NCBI GenBank assembly: GCA_913045065.1
Contig: CAJWPX010000003.1
Location: 1 to 32,296, forward strand
Direction of reading: 5' to 3'
DNA from: an uncultured Fidelibacterota bacterium
GTDB lineage: Bacteria; Fidelibacterota; Marinisomatia; Marinisomatales; Marinisomataceae
DNA: 32,296 nucleotides
How positions within the stretch are numbered: the stretch's first letter is position 1; each line of letters opens with the position of its first letter. Made by a program: the position numbers and the translations under genes. Below are positions 10,339 to 21,216 of this stretch, piece by piece. A model generated the notes under the pieces. It made no database searches, was not told where the DNA came from, and worked only from the letters and a program-made list of their open reading frames with translations.

Positions 10339-10411
10339 CTTTTTCTTGAACGCGTAGGAGAAAGATGTTGTAATTGCAAAAATTAACTAAATATAATTAT
10401 AGAATAATATT

Positions 10412-13400
10412 CTAATTATCATCTTCAATTTGGACATTTTGTAGATCAGGAAAACCAGTTCCTGCTGGGATTAATCGCCCTAATGCAACATTTTCTTTAA
10501 GACCAAGTAGAAAATCTGTCTTAGACGCAGTAGCTGCATCAGTTAAAACACGAGTTGTCTCTTGAAAGGAAGCTGCAGAGATAAAACTTGTTGTATTTAG
10601 TGAAGATTGTGTAATTCCCATAAGAATTGGTCCAAACGTTGCTGGCTTAGCTTTATGGAATTTAACCAAATTGTCACCTTTATCTTTGAGTTCTTTATTT
10701 AACTCTTTTGCTTCATTTGCAGAGATAATTAGACCAATCTCTAAATTTGAACCTCCAGATTCATCAATAACTACCATACCTTTCATGCTATCATTTGCAT
10801 CAAATAATACAGATTTGTCTAACCTTTCTCCAGGAAGAAAGTTTGTATCTCCTTTATCGCTGATTATAACTTTTTTCATCATTTGGTTAACAATAATCTC
10901 TATATGTTTATCATTTATGCCAACACCCTGCAACCTATATACTTCTTGAATTTCATTAACCAAATATTCTCTTACTGCATTCGGACCTAAAATGCTTAGA
11001 ATGTCAGCTGGAGAGATTGCTCCTTCACATAAAGGTGTACCTGCATTAATAAAATCACCTTCATGTACAATAACATGTTTTCCGTAAGGAATCTTATATA
11101 CAACTTCCTTTCCAGTGGATGGTATAATAGAGATTTTTCTTATTCCTCTTTTCATTTCTCCAAATTGAACAGTACCATTAACTTCTGTTACAACAGCTGG
11201 ATTTGCAGGTTTTCTAGCTTCAAATAATTCCGCTACCCTAGGTAAACCACCAGTAATATCTCTTGTTTTACCAATATCCTTCTGAATTTTAACTAAAGTC
11301 TGTCCTTTGGAAACTTTTTGACCATCATTCACAATCAAAGTTGCTTTAACAGGTAAGATAGTTCCCCCTGATAATAAATCTCCTTGTTTTTTAGATTTGC
11401 TATAAATCTCAATTTGAGGACTTAATCTTCTGTTTTTAGACTCAGTAACAACTTTTTGTTTCTTTCCACCTTCAACAGCTTCTTCATGATATGTGTCCCC
11501 TTCTATAAAATCTTTCATGCTAATATAACCAGATTGTCTAGCAAGAATAAGATCTGTATATGGATCCCAAGAAAATAAAATAGCATTTTTCTTAATCTTT
11601 GATTTATCTGAAACATTAACATTTGCACCATAAGGAACATTATATGTATCTAAAATATTTCCTTTTGAATCAACAATAGCAACTTTTCCATTTCTTGATA
11701 GACTTCTGGTAACTTTTTCACCATCTTCATCAACTGTAGAAGCTGATTCGTACTTACCATTAAATTGGACTATACCACTATGTTTTGCTTTCATATCAGA
11801 TTCTTCAACAATCCTTGTTGCTGTACCTCCAATATGGAATGTTCTTAGCGTTAATTGGGTCCCTGGCTCTCCAATGCTCTGAGCTGCAATAATACCTACA
11901 GCTGTACCTCTGTTAACTAATTCTCTTCTTGTTAAATCCCAACCATAACATTTTGCACAAACTCCTCTTCTAGTTTCACAAGTAAGAACAGATCTAATTT
12001 TAATGGTTGATATATTATTCTCAGAAATAATTGAAGCTTTTTCTTCATCAAATATTTCACCAGATTTAACAATTTTTTTTCCATCAATAACAATATTTTC
12101 AGAAGAAGTTCTTCCTAATATTCTTTCAGTTAAAGGTTCAATCACTTCTTCACCCTCTTTAAGGTCTGAAATTGTAATACCATTAATTGTTTTGCAATTA
12201 TCTGTAGATACTACTACATCCTGTGCAACATCAACCAACCTTCTAGTTAAATATCCTGCATCAGCTGTCTTTAATGCAGTATCTGCTAATCCTTTTCTTG
12301 CTCCATGGGTAGAAATAAAATATTCCATAACAGACAGACCTTCTTTGAAATTAGACATAATTGGGCTTTCTATAATTTCTCCACCGCCAATCATTGATTT
12401 TCTTGGTTTAGCCATCAAACCTCTCATGCCAGCTAACTGTTTAATTTGGTCTCCGCTACCTCTTGCTCCTGAATCTGCCATCATGTATACTGAATTAAAA
12501 CCTTCATCTTCTGATTGTAGTCCTTTCATCATTTCAGAAGCTACATCGCTTGTAGCTTTTGTCCAGATATCAATAACTTTATTATATCTTTCACCTTCTG
12601 TTAAGATGTGTCTATTAAATCTACCTTGAATCTTTTCCACTTCCTGTTCAGCTTTATTAATGATATCATTTTTGAGTTCCGGAATACGAATATCAGTAAT
12701 TGATATTGAAGTTCCACTCTTTGTAGCAGTTGAAAAACCTAAATCCTTAAGATCGTCTAATAGTTTTACAGTCTTCTCATTACCAGCTTTTACAAAAGAA
12801 TCTCCAATAATATAGCTTAATTTCTTCTTAGAAATCATCTCATTATAATAACCTAATTCACTAGGGATAATACTATTAAATATTGCACGTCCAACTGTAG
12901 TATCCTTATACCACTTACCATCATGTCTTAAGTTAACAATAGCGTGTAAATCTACTTTTTTATTTTCATATGCGATTTTTACTTCTTCAATGGATCCAAA
13001 AATCTTTCCTTCACCTTTTTGCTTTGTTCTTTTTCTTGTTAAGTAATAACAACCTAAAATCATATCTTGCGAAGGCAATGTAATTGGTCTTCCGCTTGCA
13101 GGATGTAGAATATTTTGACTTGCCATCATTAGAATTCTAGCTTCTAATTGAGAATTTATTGACAAAGGAATATGTACAGCCATTTGGTCACCATCAAAAT
13201 CAGCATTAAAAGCAGAACAAACTAATGGATGAACTCTAATTGCTTTACCATCTATTAAAACGGGTTGAAACGCAATAATTCCAAGCCTGTGTAGCGTTGG
13301 AGCTCTATTGAGAAGGACTGGATAATCTTTTACTACATGTTCTAAAATTTCATAAACAATTTTTTCTTTATTTTCGATCATTAATTTTGCGCTTCTTGGT

Positions 13401-14581
13401 GTTGCTGACAAATCTCGCCTAGTAAGTTCACGAATTAAGTGAGGTTTAAAAAGCTCTAGAGCCATATTTTTTGGAAGACCGCATTCAGTCATGCTCAATT
13501 CAGGACCAACAACAATCACAGATCTACCAGAATAGTCAACACGTTTACCAAGAAGATTTTGTCTAAATCTACCTTGTTTACCTCTTAACATATCAGAAAT
13601 CGATTTAAGTGGACGTTTTGAACCGCTTCTTATTGCTGTTTTTCTTTTAGTATTATCAAAAAGTGCATCAACAGATTCTTGAAGCATTCTCTTCTCATTT
13701 CTCAAAATTACCTCAGGTGCTTGAATATCCATTAACTGCTTTAAGCGATTATTTCGTATAATAATTCTTCTATATAAATCATTAAGATCACTTGCAGCAA
13801 ATCTCCCTCCTTCAAGAGGAACTAAAGGTCTTAGCTCAGGAGGCATAACAGGTAAAATTGATACTATCATCCATTCTGGTTTGTTGCTACGATCTTCAGC
13901 AAAATCTTTAATAACCTTTAAGCGTTTTCGCGCATCTAGCCTCTTTTGTTTAGATTTTGTTGTATTACTTATTAATTCTAATTCATTTTTTAACTCTAAT
14001 AAATCTAATGCTGACAGAGCATCCTTTAGACCTTGTCCTCCCATTGATGCATAAAAATGTGATTCTTCTTCTTTCTCTTTTTGTGAAACAGCTTCATAAC
14101 CAAATTCAGATTCCATTTCTAAATATTCTTCTTCATCAATTAAGTCAAATCGTTTATAAGGACTTTTTCCAGGATTAATAATAAGATAATTTTCATAATA
14201 TACTACACTCTCTAGCTGTTTAGCACTTTTCCCTAATATATAACTTAGCTTACTTGGTATAGATTTTAAGAACCAAATGTGTACTACCGGGACAGCTAGC
14301 GTTATATGACCCATTCTATTTCTACGAACTTTTTTAGTAGTCACTTCTACGCCACATCTATCACAAATAATACCTCTATATCGTATTCCTTTATATTTTC
14401 CACAGTGACATTCAAAATCTTTTACTGGACCAAATATTTTTTCACAGAACAAACCATCTTTTTCTGGTTTATATGAACGATAATTAATTGTCTCAGGTTT
14501 TAAAACTTCACCATAAGAACCTTCAAGAACTTTTTCCGGTGAAGCCAGTTTAAGTGAAATGCTATTTTTTGCTTTATACAT
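10412..14581 (-). CDS. rpoC: RNA polymerase beta' subunit
   Basis: KPETINYR, ECHCGKYK..CDRCG Zn finger, NADFDGDQM catalytic motif, GARKGLADTALKTADAGYLTRRL, GEPGTQLTLRTFH. Confidence 0.99.
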   Translation of the reverse strand: MYKAKNSISLKLASPEKVLEGSYGEVLKPETINYRSYKPEKDGLFCEKIFGPVKDFECHCGKYKGIRYRGIICDRCGVEVTTKKVRRNRMGHITLAVPVVHIWFLKSIPSKLSYILGKSAKQLESVVYYENYLIINPGKSPYKRFDLIDEEEYLEMESEFGYEAVSQKEKEEESHFYASMGGQGLKDALSALDLLELKNELELISNTTKSKQKRLDARKRLKVIKDFAEDRSNKPEWMIVSILPVMPPELRPLVPLEGGRFAASDLNDLYRRIIIRNNRLKQLMDIQAPEVILRNEKRMLQESVDALFDNTKRKTAIRSGSKRPLKSISDMLRGKQGRFRQNLLGKRVDYSGRSVIVVGPELSMTECGLPKNMALELFKPHLIRELTRRDLSATPRSAKLMIENKEKIVYEILEHVVKDYPVLLNRAPTLHRLGIIAFQPVLIDGKAIRVHPLVCSAFNADFDGDQMAVHIPLSINSQLEARILMMASQNILHPASGRPITLPSQDMILGCYYLTRKRTKQKGEGKIFGSIEEVKIAYENKKVDLHAIVNLRHDGKWYKDTTVGRAIFNSIIPSELGYYNEMISKKKLSYIIGDSFVKAGNEKTVKLLDDLKDLGFSTATKSGTSISITDIRIPELKNDIINKAEQEVEKIQGRFNRHILTEGERYNKVIDIWTKATSDVASEMMKGLQSEDEGFNSVYMMADSGARGSGDQIKQLAGMRGLMAKPRKSMIGGGEIIESPIMSNFKEGLSVMEYFISTHGARKGLADTALKTADAGYLTRRLVDVAQDVVVSTDNCKTINGITISDLKEGEEVIEPLTERILGRTSSENIVIDGKKIVKSGEIFDEEKASIISENNISTIKIRSVLTCETRRGVCAKCYGWDLTRRELVNRGTAVGIIAAQSIGEPGTQLTLRTFHIGGTATRIVEESDMKAKHSGIVQFNGKYESASTVDEDGEKVTRSLSRNGKVAIVDSKGNILDTYNVPYGANVNVSDKSKIKKNAILFSWDPYTDLILARQSGYISMKDFIEGDTYHEEAVEGGKKQKVVTESKNRRLSPQIEIYSKSKKQGDLLSGGTILPVKATLIVNDGQKVSKGQTLVKIQKDIGKTRDITGGLPRVAELFEARKPANPAVVTEVNGTVQFGEMKRGIRKISIIPSTGKEVVYKIPYGKHVIVHEGDFINAGTPLCEGAISPADILSILGPNAVREYLVNEIQEVYRLQGVGINDKHIEIIVNQMMKKVIISDKGDTNFLPGERLDKSVLFDANDSMKGMVVIDESGGSNLEIGLIISANEAKELNKELKDKGDNLVKFHKAKPATFGPILMGITQSSLNTTSFISAASFQETTRVLTDAATASKTDFLLGLKENVALGRLIPAGTGFPDLQNVQIEDDN

Positions 14582-14595
14582 TTATTTTTTTTCCT

Positions 14596-17500
14596 TTAAT
14601 CTAAAGTTATGTCTAATCCAAGACCTTGAATCTCTTTCATAAATACATTGAAAGCTTCTGGTCTTGTTGGTTCAGGTAAATCTTCTCCTTTAACAAGAGC
14701 ACTGTAAACTTTTGATCTACCTTCAATATCATCAGATTTAATCGTTAAAATTTCTCTCAATAAATGAGCAGCACCATATGCTTGAAGAGCCCAAACTTCC
14801 ATTTCTCCAAATCTTTGGCCTCCAAATTGAGCTTTCCCACCTAAAGGCTGTTGAGTCACTAGTGAATATGGTCCAGTAGATCTCGCATGCATTTTGTCAT
14901 CAACCATATGAAATAGTTTCATCATGTACATATGTCCCACTAGAACTGGATTATCAATTTTGTCTCCAGTTAGTCCATCATATAATGTAACTTTTCCTGA
15001 AGACGGTAAACCTGCTTTCTTCATTTTTTCTGCAACCTCATCTGGAGTAGCACCATTAAATACAGGAGTCTCATATTTCTCACCTAAAATTTTACCTGCC
15101 CACCCAAGCATTGTCTCATAAAGCTGACCTAAATTCATTCTTGATGGAACGCCCATTGGATTTAAACAGATATCTACTGGTGTTCCATCTTCTAGGAAAG
15201 GCATATTTTCTTCAGGAACAATTGTTGCAACCACCCCTTTATTACCATGTCTACCTGCCATTTTATCACCTATAGATATTTTGCGCTTGTTTGCTACATA
15301 CACCTTTGCAAGCTTAAGAATACCAGGCTGTAATTGATCGCCTTCCTTTAGCTTAAAAATATCTGATTCAAGTTTTTCATCGAGATTGATTAAATTTCTA
15401 TCAAATGATTTGAAAGCATTAACAATTTTTTCCCAAGATTTATCCCCAGAAATCCATGGATCCTTAAGTGAAAAAAGTCCAAAATTTAATCCATCCAATT
15501 TTTTTGATGTAAACTTGGCACCTTTTTTTACTAATACTTTATTATTTCGCTTAGCTTTTACACCCAAACAAATCTTGTTATTCAGTAATGTTTTAAAGAC
15601 ATTGTCTCTACTAGACATTAGAGTTCTTTCATCTTCTCTTTTTTGTTTTTGTAATACCTTGATCATTTCGTTAACTTTTGCTTTAGATTTCTTAGAAGTT
15701 TTCTTATACAAATCTGTATTAATTACAACTCCTTTTACACCTGGTTCTGCTTTTTTAGATGCATCCTTTACATCGCCTGCTTTTTCTCCAAAAATTGCTC
15801 TCAATAGCTTTTCTTCAGGTGAAGGGTCAGTCTCGCCTTTAGGCGTAACTTTACCAATCAAAATATCATCTTCATTGACAATTGCTCCAGTCCTTATTAA
15901 GCCATCTTTATCTAATTGGCTAGTAGCTTCTTCGCTTACATTTGGAATTTCAGGTGTTAACTCTTCTTCTCCTCTCTTGGTATCACGTACTTCTAATTCA
16001 ATTTCGTTGACATGAACTGATGTAAATATGTCTTCTTTGACAAGTCTTTCACTAATAACGATAGCATCTTCAAAATTATATCCATTCCAAGGCATAAGAG
16101 CTACTAGAACATTCTTGCCTAAAGATAATTCTCCATTATTTGTTGAAGCTCCATCTGCTATCACATCACCAATCTTAACTTTCTGACCCTCTTTAACAAT
16201 CGCCTTTTGATTATAGCAAGTATTTTGATTAGACCTCGAATATTTAAGCAACTCAATAGTACAAAGATTTTCATCTTTCTTAAGAACAGTTCTTTGAGGA
16301 AAATTATTATCTTTAATAACAATCTTTTTCGAGTCTACATAGACAACGGTTCCATTCACTGGAGACAAAACAACAGCTTTAGAATCTATAGCGACTTTTC
16401 TTTCCATTCCAGTGGCAACAATAGGTGATTCTGTCTTTAATAAAGGAACAGATTGACGTTGCATGTTAGATCCCATAAGAGCTCTATTGGCATCATCATG
16501 CTCTACAAAAGGTATAAGAGCAGCTGCAACACTAAGAATCTGGTTTGGAACGATATCAGTATATTCTACGTTTTGTGAATCTACAATTGGGAAGTCTCCT
16601 TTTGATCTAACTCTCAGTTTTGGATCAATTATCTTATTGTTATTATTAATATTTAAACCAGATTGTGCGATATTAGTTCTATCTTCATCATCAGCTGATA
16701 AATATTTTATCTTATTTGTAACAATTTTATCCTTGACTGTTCTATAAGGCGCTTCGATAAATCCGTGGTTATTAATTTTTGCCATCAATGCTAAAGAAGA
16801 TATTAATCCAATATTAGGACCTTCGGGTGTTTCGATAGGACACAACCTTCCATAATGGGTATAATGAACGTCTCTAACTTCAAACCCAGCTCTTTCTCTA
16901 GAAAGACCGCCTGGTCCAAGTGAAGATATTCTTCTTTTGTGTGTAATCTCTGCTAAAGGATTAGTTTGATCTCCAAACTGTGATAATTGACTCGTACCAA
17001 AGAATGTATTAATAACAGTGGTAACCAATCTAGAATTAATCAAATCTTGTGGCGTAATTGTTTCCGACTCTCTAAGATTCATTCTCTCATACACTGTTCT
17101 TACCATCCTAGACAATGCAGAATTAAATTGAACTTTAAGTTGCTCTCCAACAGTTCTCACTCTTCTATTTCCTAAATGATCTATGTCATCTGGTCGTCTC
17201 AATCCTTTTCTCATTAGAATAAGATATTTTATAACTATAACAAAATCGTCATGAGTAAGTACAGATTCTTTTCCTTTGTTATTTAAATTAAACTGTTTAT
17301 CTAACCTATATCTACCAACTTGACCTAAATCATATTTCTTGGGATGAAAAAACATTCTATCAATAAATTTCTGTGCTGCTTCTGCATTTGGTGCATCACT
17401 TCCCCTTAAAAGGGAATATACTCTAATGAGTGCTTCTTCAGTTGATTTAGTAGGATCTTTTTTAATAGTATTATTTATCATCATACTATCAATATTGTCT

Positions 17501-18357
17501 TTAATGTTGGCAACTTTGATAGTCTTAGTATTATTATCTTTTAAGGCCTTAATAATAGAATCATTAATTTCTTTTCCACTTTCAGCAAATAATTCTCCTG
17601 TACTCTTATCGATTATGTCATCAACAATGACATATTTCGAGTAATCATCAGGATTAATTTTTGATACATCTAAGCTTAATACTAGATCAAAAGCATTATA
17701 GATATCTTCATCTGAACTAAAACCTAGAGATCTTAATAATAATGTCGCGGGAAATTTTCTTTTTCTATCAATAATAGTAAAAAGAATATCATTAATGTCC
17801 GTTGTGAAATCTATCCAAGAACCACGAATCGGTATAATCCTAGCATTGAAAAGCTTTGCTCCATTTGGATGAAAAGTTTGATCAAAAAATGCTCCCGGAG
17901 ATCTTTGTAGTTGGGTAACAACAGTTCTCTCTGCACCATTAATAATAAATGTTCCTTTATTAGTCATATAAGGAATATTACCAAAATAGACATCTTGAGT
18001 TATTTCTTCAGCTATCTTTTTCTTATCATTTTCATCCGTAATTTTGAGCTTAAGTTTAACCTTAAGAGGTACGCTATATGTTATACCACGATTAGAACAT
18101 TCTCTCGGTGAATATCTTGGTTTACCAATAGAATAATTTTTATACTCTAATATATAATTCTCGTGATTATCTTGAAGCGGAAAGATAGATTTAAATGCTT
18201 CATGCAATCCAAATAATTCTCTTTTACCTGGACTGATATCCTCCTGTAGAAAATCATGAAAAGATCCAATTTGCAAATCAAGCAAATCAGGTAATTCTAC
18301 ATCAGTTTTTATTTTTTCAAAATTCTGTCTATTATTTAACTTATTTAACTTATCCAA
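14596..18357 (-). CDS. rpoB: RNA polymerase beta subunit (TTG start)
   Basis: GTFIINGAER, DIDHLGNRR, HYGRLCPIETPEGPNIGLI, GDKMAGRHGNKG, GGQRFGEMEVWAL; GGAGG upstream of the TTG. Confidence 0.99.
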   Translation of the reverse strand: MDKLNKLNNRQNFEKIKTDVELPDLLDLQIGSFHDFLQEDISPGKRELFGLHEAFKSIFPLQDNHENYILEYKNYSIGKPRYSPRECSNRGITYSVPLKVKLKLKITDENDKKKIAEEITQDVYFGNIPYMTNKGTFIINGAERTVVTQLQRSPGAFFDQTFHPNGAKLFNARIIPIRGSWIDFTTDINDILFTIIDRKRKFPATLLLRSLGFSSDEDIYNAFDLVLSLDVSKINPDDYSKYVIVDDIIDKSTGELFAESGKEINDSIIKALKDNNTKTIKVANIKDNIDSMMINNTIKKDPTKSTEEALIRVYSLLRGSDAPNAEAAQKFIDRMFFHPKKYDLGQVGRYRLDKQFNLNNKGKESVLTHDDFVIVIKYLILMRKGLRRPDDIDHLGNRRVRTVGEQLKVQFNSALSRMVRTVYERMNLRESETITPQDLINSRLVTTVINTFFGTSQLSQFGDQTNPLAEITHKRRISSLGPGGLSRERAGFEVRDVHYTHYGRLCPIETPEGPNIGLISSLALMAKINNHGFIEAPYRTVKDKIVTNKIKYLSADDEDRTNIAQSGLNINNNNKIIDPKLRVRSKGDFPIVDSQNVEYTDIVPNQILSVAAALIPFVEHDDANRALMGSNMQRQSVPLLKTESPIVATGMERKVAIDSKAVVLSPVNGTVVYVDSKKIVIKDNNFPQRTVLKKDENLCTIELLKYSRSNQNTCYNQKAIVKEGQKVKIGDVIADGASTNNGELSLGKNVLVALMPWNGYNFEDAIVISERLVKEDIFTSVHVNEIELEVRDTKRGEEELTPEIPNVSEEATSQLDKDGLIRTGAIVNEDDILIGKVTPKGETDPSPEEKLLRAIFGEKAGDVKDASKKAEPGVKGVVINTDLYKKTSKKSKAKVNEMIKVLQKQKREDERTLMSSRDNVFKTLLNNKICLGVKAKRNNKVLVKKGAKFTSKKLDGLNFGLFSLKDPWISGDKSWEKIVNAFKSFDRNLINLDEKLESDIFKLKEGDQLQPGILKLAKVYVANKRKISIGDKMAGRHGNKGVVATIVPEENMPFLEDGTPVDICLNPMGVPSRMNLGQLYETMLGWAGKILGEKYETPVFNGATPDEVAEKMKKAGLPSSGKVTLYDGLTGDKIDNPVLVGHMYMMKLFHMVDDKMHARSTGPYSLVTQQPLGGKAQFGGQRFGEMEVWALQAYGAAHLLREILTIKSDDIEGRSKVYSALVKGEDLPEPTRPEAFNVFMKEIQGLGLDITLD

Positions 18358-18371
18358 AAAGCTCTTCCTCC

Positions 18372-18400
18372 AAAAAATTGGTTAATAATTATTAACTAAC
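18372..18400 (-). terminator. Possible weak terminator or attenuator between rplL and rpoB
   Basis: Perfect palindrome GTTAATAATTATTAAC (18381-18396), followed on the minus strand by CAATTTTTT. The stem is AT-rich and so weak. Confidence 0.35.
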
Positions 18401-18402
18401 AA

Positions 18403-18786
18403 CTATTTTAATTCTACTGAAGCTCCGGCTTCTTCTAATTGAGACTTAATATCTTCAGCCTCTTCTTTTGAAGCGCCTTCTTTAACAGCTTTAGGAGCAG
18501 AATCAACCAATTCTTTAGCTTCTTTTAGTCCTAAATTAGTTATTGCTCTAACAACCTTAATTACTCCAATTTTAGATTGGCCAGCGGCTGTTAAAACTAC
18601 ATCCATAGTACTTTTTTCGGCGGCAGCACCTGCATCATCTGCAGCGGCTGCTCCAGGAGCAGCAGCTGCGACTGGAACTGCAGCTGTTACACCAAATTTT
18701 TCTTCGATATCTTTAACAAGCTCAGAAATTTCAATCATATTTGCTTCTTCAAGATATTTTAAAACATCTTCTCTTTTAGCACTCAT
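18403..18786 (-). CDS. rplL: 50S ribosomal protein L7/L12
   Basis: [10 protein letters not shown], Ala-rich hinge, [30 protein letters not shown]. Confidence 0.98.
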   Translation of the reverse strand: MSAKREDVLKYLEEANMIEISELVKDIEEKFGVTAAVPVAAAAPGAAAADDAGAAAEKSTMDVVLTAAGQSKIGVIKVVRAITNLGLKEAKELVDSAPKAVKEGASKEEAEDIKSQLEEAGASVELK

Positions 18787-18788
18787 TT

Positions 18789-19307
18789 TTAATTACCTTT
18801 CTTTGAATTTAATTGTGTAAGTCTACCTAATAAGCCTGAAACAGAACTATTTAAAACACTGCTCAGTTTGGACATTGGAGAATTAAGCATCCCAACCAAT
18901 TTTGATAGAAGCTGCTCTTTAGATGGAAGGTTAGCTATCTTATCAAACTGATCTGAGGTAAATATCTCACCGTCAAATATCATGCCTTTAACTGAAGGCT
19001 TATCAAAATCTTTTAAAAATTCTTTAATTACTCTTGCAGGGCCTGTTGGATCATCATAACCAAATGCTATCGCGGTAGGACCTTCTAAAAATTCATCAAT
19101 ACCAGAAATTCCTACTTCTTTTGCAGCTAATTTAATTAGAGTATTCTTCGCAACAGTAAATTCAACATCTTTCTCTACAAAATTCTTTCTTAGTTTTGTA
19201 ACGCTCACAACATCTAAACCTAGATAATCAGTAAAATATATTGCCTTAGCTTTATCAAGTTTTACACTTAACTCTTTTACTGAATTAATATTTTTTACAC
19301 TTGGCAT
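18789..19307 (-). CDS. rplJ: 50S ribosomal protein L10
   Basis: [30 protein letters not shown]. Confidence 0.96.
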   Translation of the reverse strand: MPSVKNINSVKELSVKLDKAKAIYFTDYLGLDVVSVTKLRKNFVEKDVEFTVAKNTLIKLAAKEVGISGIDEFLEGPTAIAFGYDDPTGPARVIKEFLKDFDKPSVKGMIFDGEIFTSDQFDKIANLPSKEQLLSKLVGMLNSPMSKLSSVLNSSVSGLLGRLTQLNSKKGN

Positions 19308-19309
19308 AA

Positions 19310-19990
19310 TTATTCAACCCCTATCTTAATTCCTGGTCCTAATGTAGAAGATATGCTTATCGAATTTAGAAAAGTGCCTTTAAAAGAATTAGGTTTTGCA
19401 CTCATCACTGCACTATGAAGAACTTTAAAATTTTCTTTTAAATCACTTTCAGAGAATGAAGTCTTACCAATAGACGATTGAAGAATACCATTCTTTTCTA
19501 CTCTAGCATCAATTTTTCCTGCCTTTAATTCTTTAACTGATTTTTCGATATCATTAGTCACGGTACCAGATTTTGGATTAGGCATTAAACCTTTAGGCCC
19601 TAATACTTTACCTAACTTTCCTATCTCACTCATTAAATCTGGAGTAACGACTATTTTATCTACATCTGTCCATCCACTTTTTATTTTTTCAAGATATTCT
19701 TTGTTACCGACAAGATCTGCTCCTGCGTCCTTTGCTTCTTTTTCTTTATCTGCATTTACTACAGCTAAAATAACTACCTTCTTACCTATCCCATGAGGTA
19801 ACATTAAATTTAGTCTAATATTTTCATCAGCATGCCTAGGATCAACTCCTAAATTGTATGAAACATCAACAGATTCGGCAAAAGACGTTTTTTTAAATTC
19901 CATTAACAAAGATATCGCTTCATCAATTGTATGTGTTTTTGATGAATCCATTTTTTCATTTACTAATTTTGAAAATTTTGTTTTTTTCAT
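19310..19990 (-). CDS. rplA: 50S ribosomal protein L1
   Basis: [47 protein letters not shown]. Confidence 0.98.
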   Translation of the reverse strand: MKKTKFSKLVNEKMDSSKTHTIDEAISLLMEFKKTSFAESVDVSYNLGVDPRHADENIRLNLMLPHGIGKKVVILAVVNADKEKEAKDAGADLVGNKEYLEKIKSGWTDVDKIVVTPDLMSEIGKLGKVLGPKGLMPNPKSGTVTNDIEKSVKELKAGKIDARVEKNGILQSSIGKTSFSESDLKENFKVLHSAVMSAKPNSFKGTFLNSISISSTLGPGIKIGVE

Positions 19991-20415
19991 CTTTCTATCT
20001 CAATTCCCATACTAACTGCAGTTCCAGCAATCATTTCAGCTGCATGATCTAAATTATGAGCATTTAAATCTTTCATTTTCATTTCTGCAATTTTTTTACA
20101 TTGCGCAATAGTAATCGTAGAAACTTTATCTCTATTTGGTTCCTCAGAACCTTTTTTTAATTTTAATTCTTTCATTATTAGTGTAGAAGCAGGTGGTGAT
20201 TTAGTTTCAAATGTAAAAGATCTATCTTTATAAACTGTTATCACCACAGGAGTTAAAACTCCTTGCAATTCTTTCGTTTTCTCATTAAAAGCTTTACAAA
20301 AATCCATGATATTAACTCCATGTTGACCAAGGGCAGGTCCAACAGGTGGGGCAGGATTCGCTTGTCCAGCTGGAATTTGTAATTTAATTAATCCGCTTAT
20401 TTCTTTCTTTGCCAT
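19987..20415 (-). CDS. rplK: 50S ribosomal protein L11
   Basis: [44 protein letters not shown]. Confidence 0.99.
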   Translation of the reverse strand: MAKKEISGLIKLQIPAGQANPAPPVGPALGQHGVNIMDFCKAFNEKTKELQGVLTPVVITVYKDRSFTFETKSPPASTLIMKELKLKKGSEEPNRDKVSTITIAQCKKIAEMKMKDLNAHNLDHAAEMIAGTAVSMGIEIER

Positions 20416-20416
20416 A

Positions 20417-20947
20417 TTAATTATCAGTAATTATTTGGTTAAAATTTAATTCAATCGGTGTTGGACGGCCAAAAATATTAACGTTAACTTTAATTCTATT
20501 TCTATCATTAATCTCTTGTACTAATCCATCAAAATCTTTAAAAGGACCATCAATAACCTTTACAGAATCTCCAACTTTAAATGGAATTTCAATATCATGT
20601 ACAGTTGTATCATCCCCATCAATAGATCCTACAATTCTTTTAATTTCATCATCATTTAATGATTGAGGACTAGCTTTAGGTCCGACAAAACTCATAACAC
20701 CATCAATATTCTCAATAAAAAATTTTGTTTGAATGTTCATCGTCATGTTTAATAAGATATATCCAGGAAAGAATACTTTTTTCTTAACAAGTTTTTTTCC
20801 ATTTTTAATATGTACAACGTTCTCTGTTGGAATAAGTATATCTTCAATATTCTTTGCTATATCAGGTTCATATTCAAGTTCGCGAAAAATAGAAGATTTT
20901 ATTTTTTCTTCTTTTCCTGACATCACTCTTAAACTATACCAATTCAT
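20417..20947 (-). CDS. nusG: Transcription termination/antitermination factor NusG
   Basis: [32 protein letters not shown] motif, IFGRPTP. Start moved to ATG 20947 (ATGA overlap with secE). Confidence 0.96.
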   Translation of the reverse strand: MNWYSLRVMSGKEEKIKSSIFRELEYEPDIAKNIEDILIPTENVVHIKNGKKLVKKKVFFPGYILLNMTMNIQTKFFIENIDGVMSFVGPKASPQSLNDDEIKRIVGSIDGDDTTVHDIEIPFKVGDSVKVIDGPFKDFDGLVQEINDRNRIKVNVNIFGRPTPIELNFNQIITDN

Positions 20948-21126
20948 AACAATACACTCACCAACTTTTGTACTAACCAATCAACACCAAAAAGAAAAAC
21001 AACAAATATAAGAGAAAAAATAATAATTAGATAAGTTGAACCTCTCAATTCAGGATAGGTTGGCCAAGCAACTTTATTCATTTCTAGATACACTTGATTT
21101 AAAAAATCTTTTACCGCTTTAAACAT
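20944..21126 (-). CDS. secE: Preprotein translocase subunit SecE (single TM)
   Basis: EMNKVAWPT..EL..ST plus one hydrophobic helix. Start moved to ATG 21126 because the ORF-track start lies inside tRNA-Trp. Confidence 0.93.
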   Translation of the reverse strand: MFKAVKDFLNQVYLEMNKVAWPTYPELRGSTYLIIIFSLIFVVFLFGVDWLVQKLVSVLL

Positions 21127-21138
21127 ATTTTCCCTTCG

Positions 21139-21211
21139 CAGGTGAGGCAGGAATTGAACCCGCAACCCCCGGTTTTGGAGACCGGTGCTCTACCAATTGA
21201 GCTACTCACCT
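21139..21211 (-). tRNA. tRNA-Trp (CCA)
   Basis: Acceptor stem AGGTGAG/CTCACCT, anticodon arm CCGGT-CTCCAAA-ACCGG, T loop GGTTCAATTCC; no encoded 3' CCA. Confidence 0.95.
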
Positions 21212-21216
21212 ATTTG

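Noticed and set aside
10385-10420. AT-rich inverted repeat at the rpoC stop as an intrinsic terminator
   Set aside because: The stem is almost all A-T with a bulge and no clear U tract; too weak to call.
11250-15720. Large insertions in RpoC (trigger loop) and RpoB (Lys-rich segment near 15350-15720), considered as inteins or novel domains
   Set aside because: Positions match the known lineage-specific insertions beta' i6 and beta i9, and there are no intein terminal motifs.
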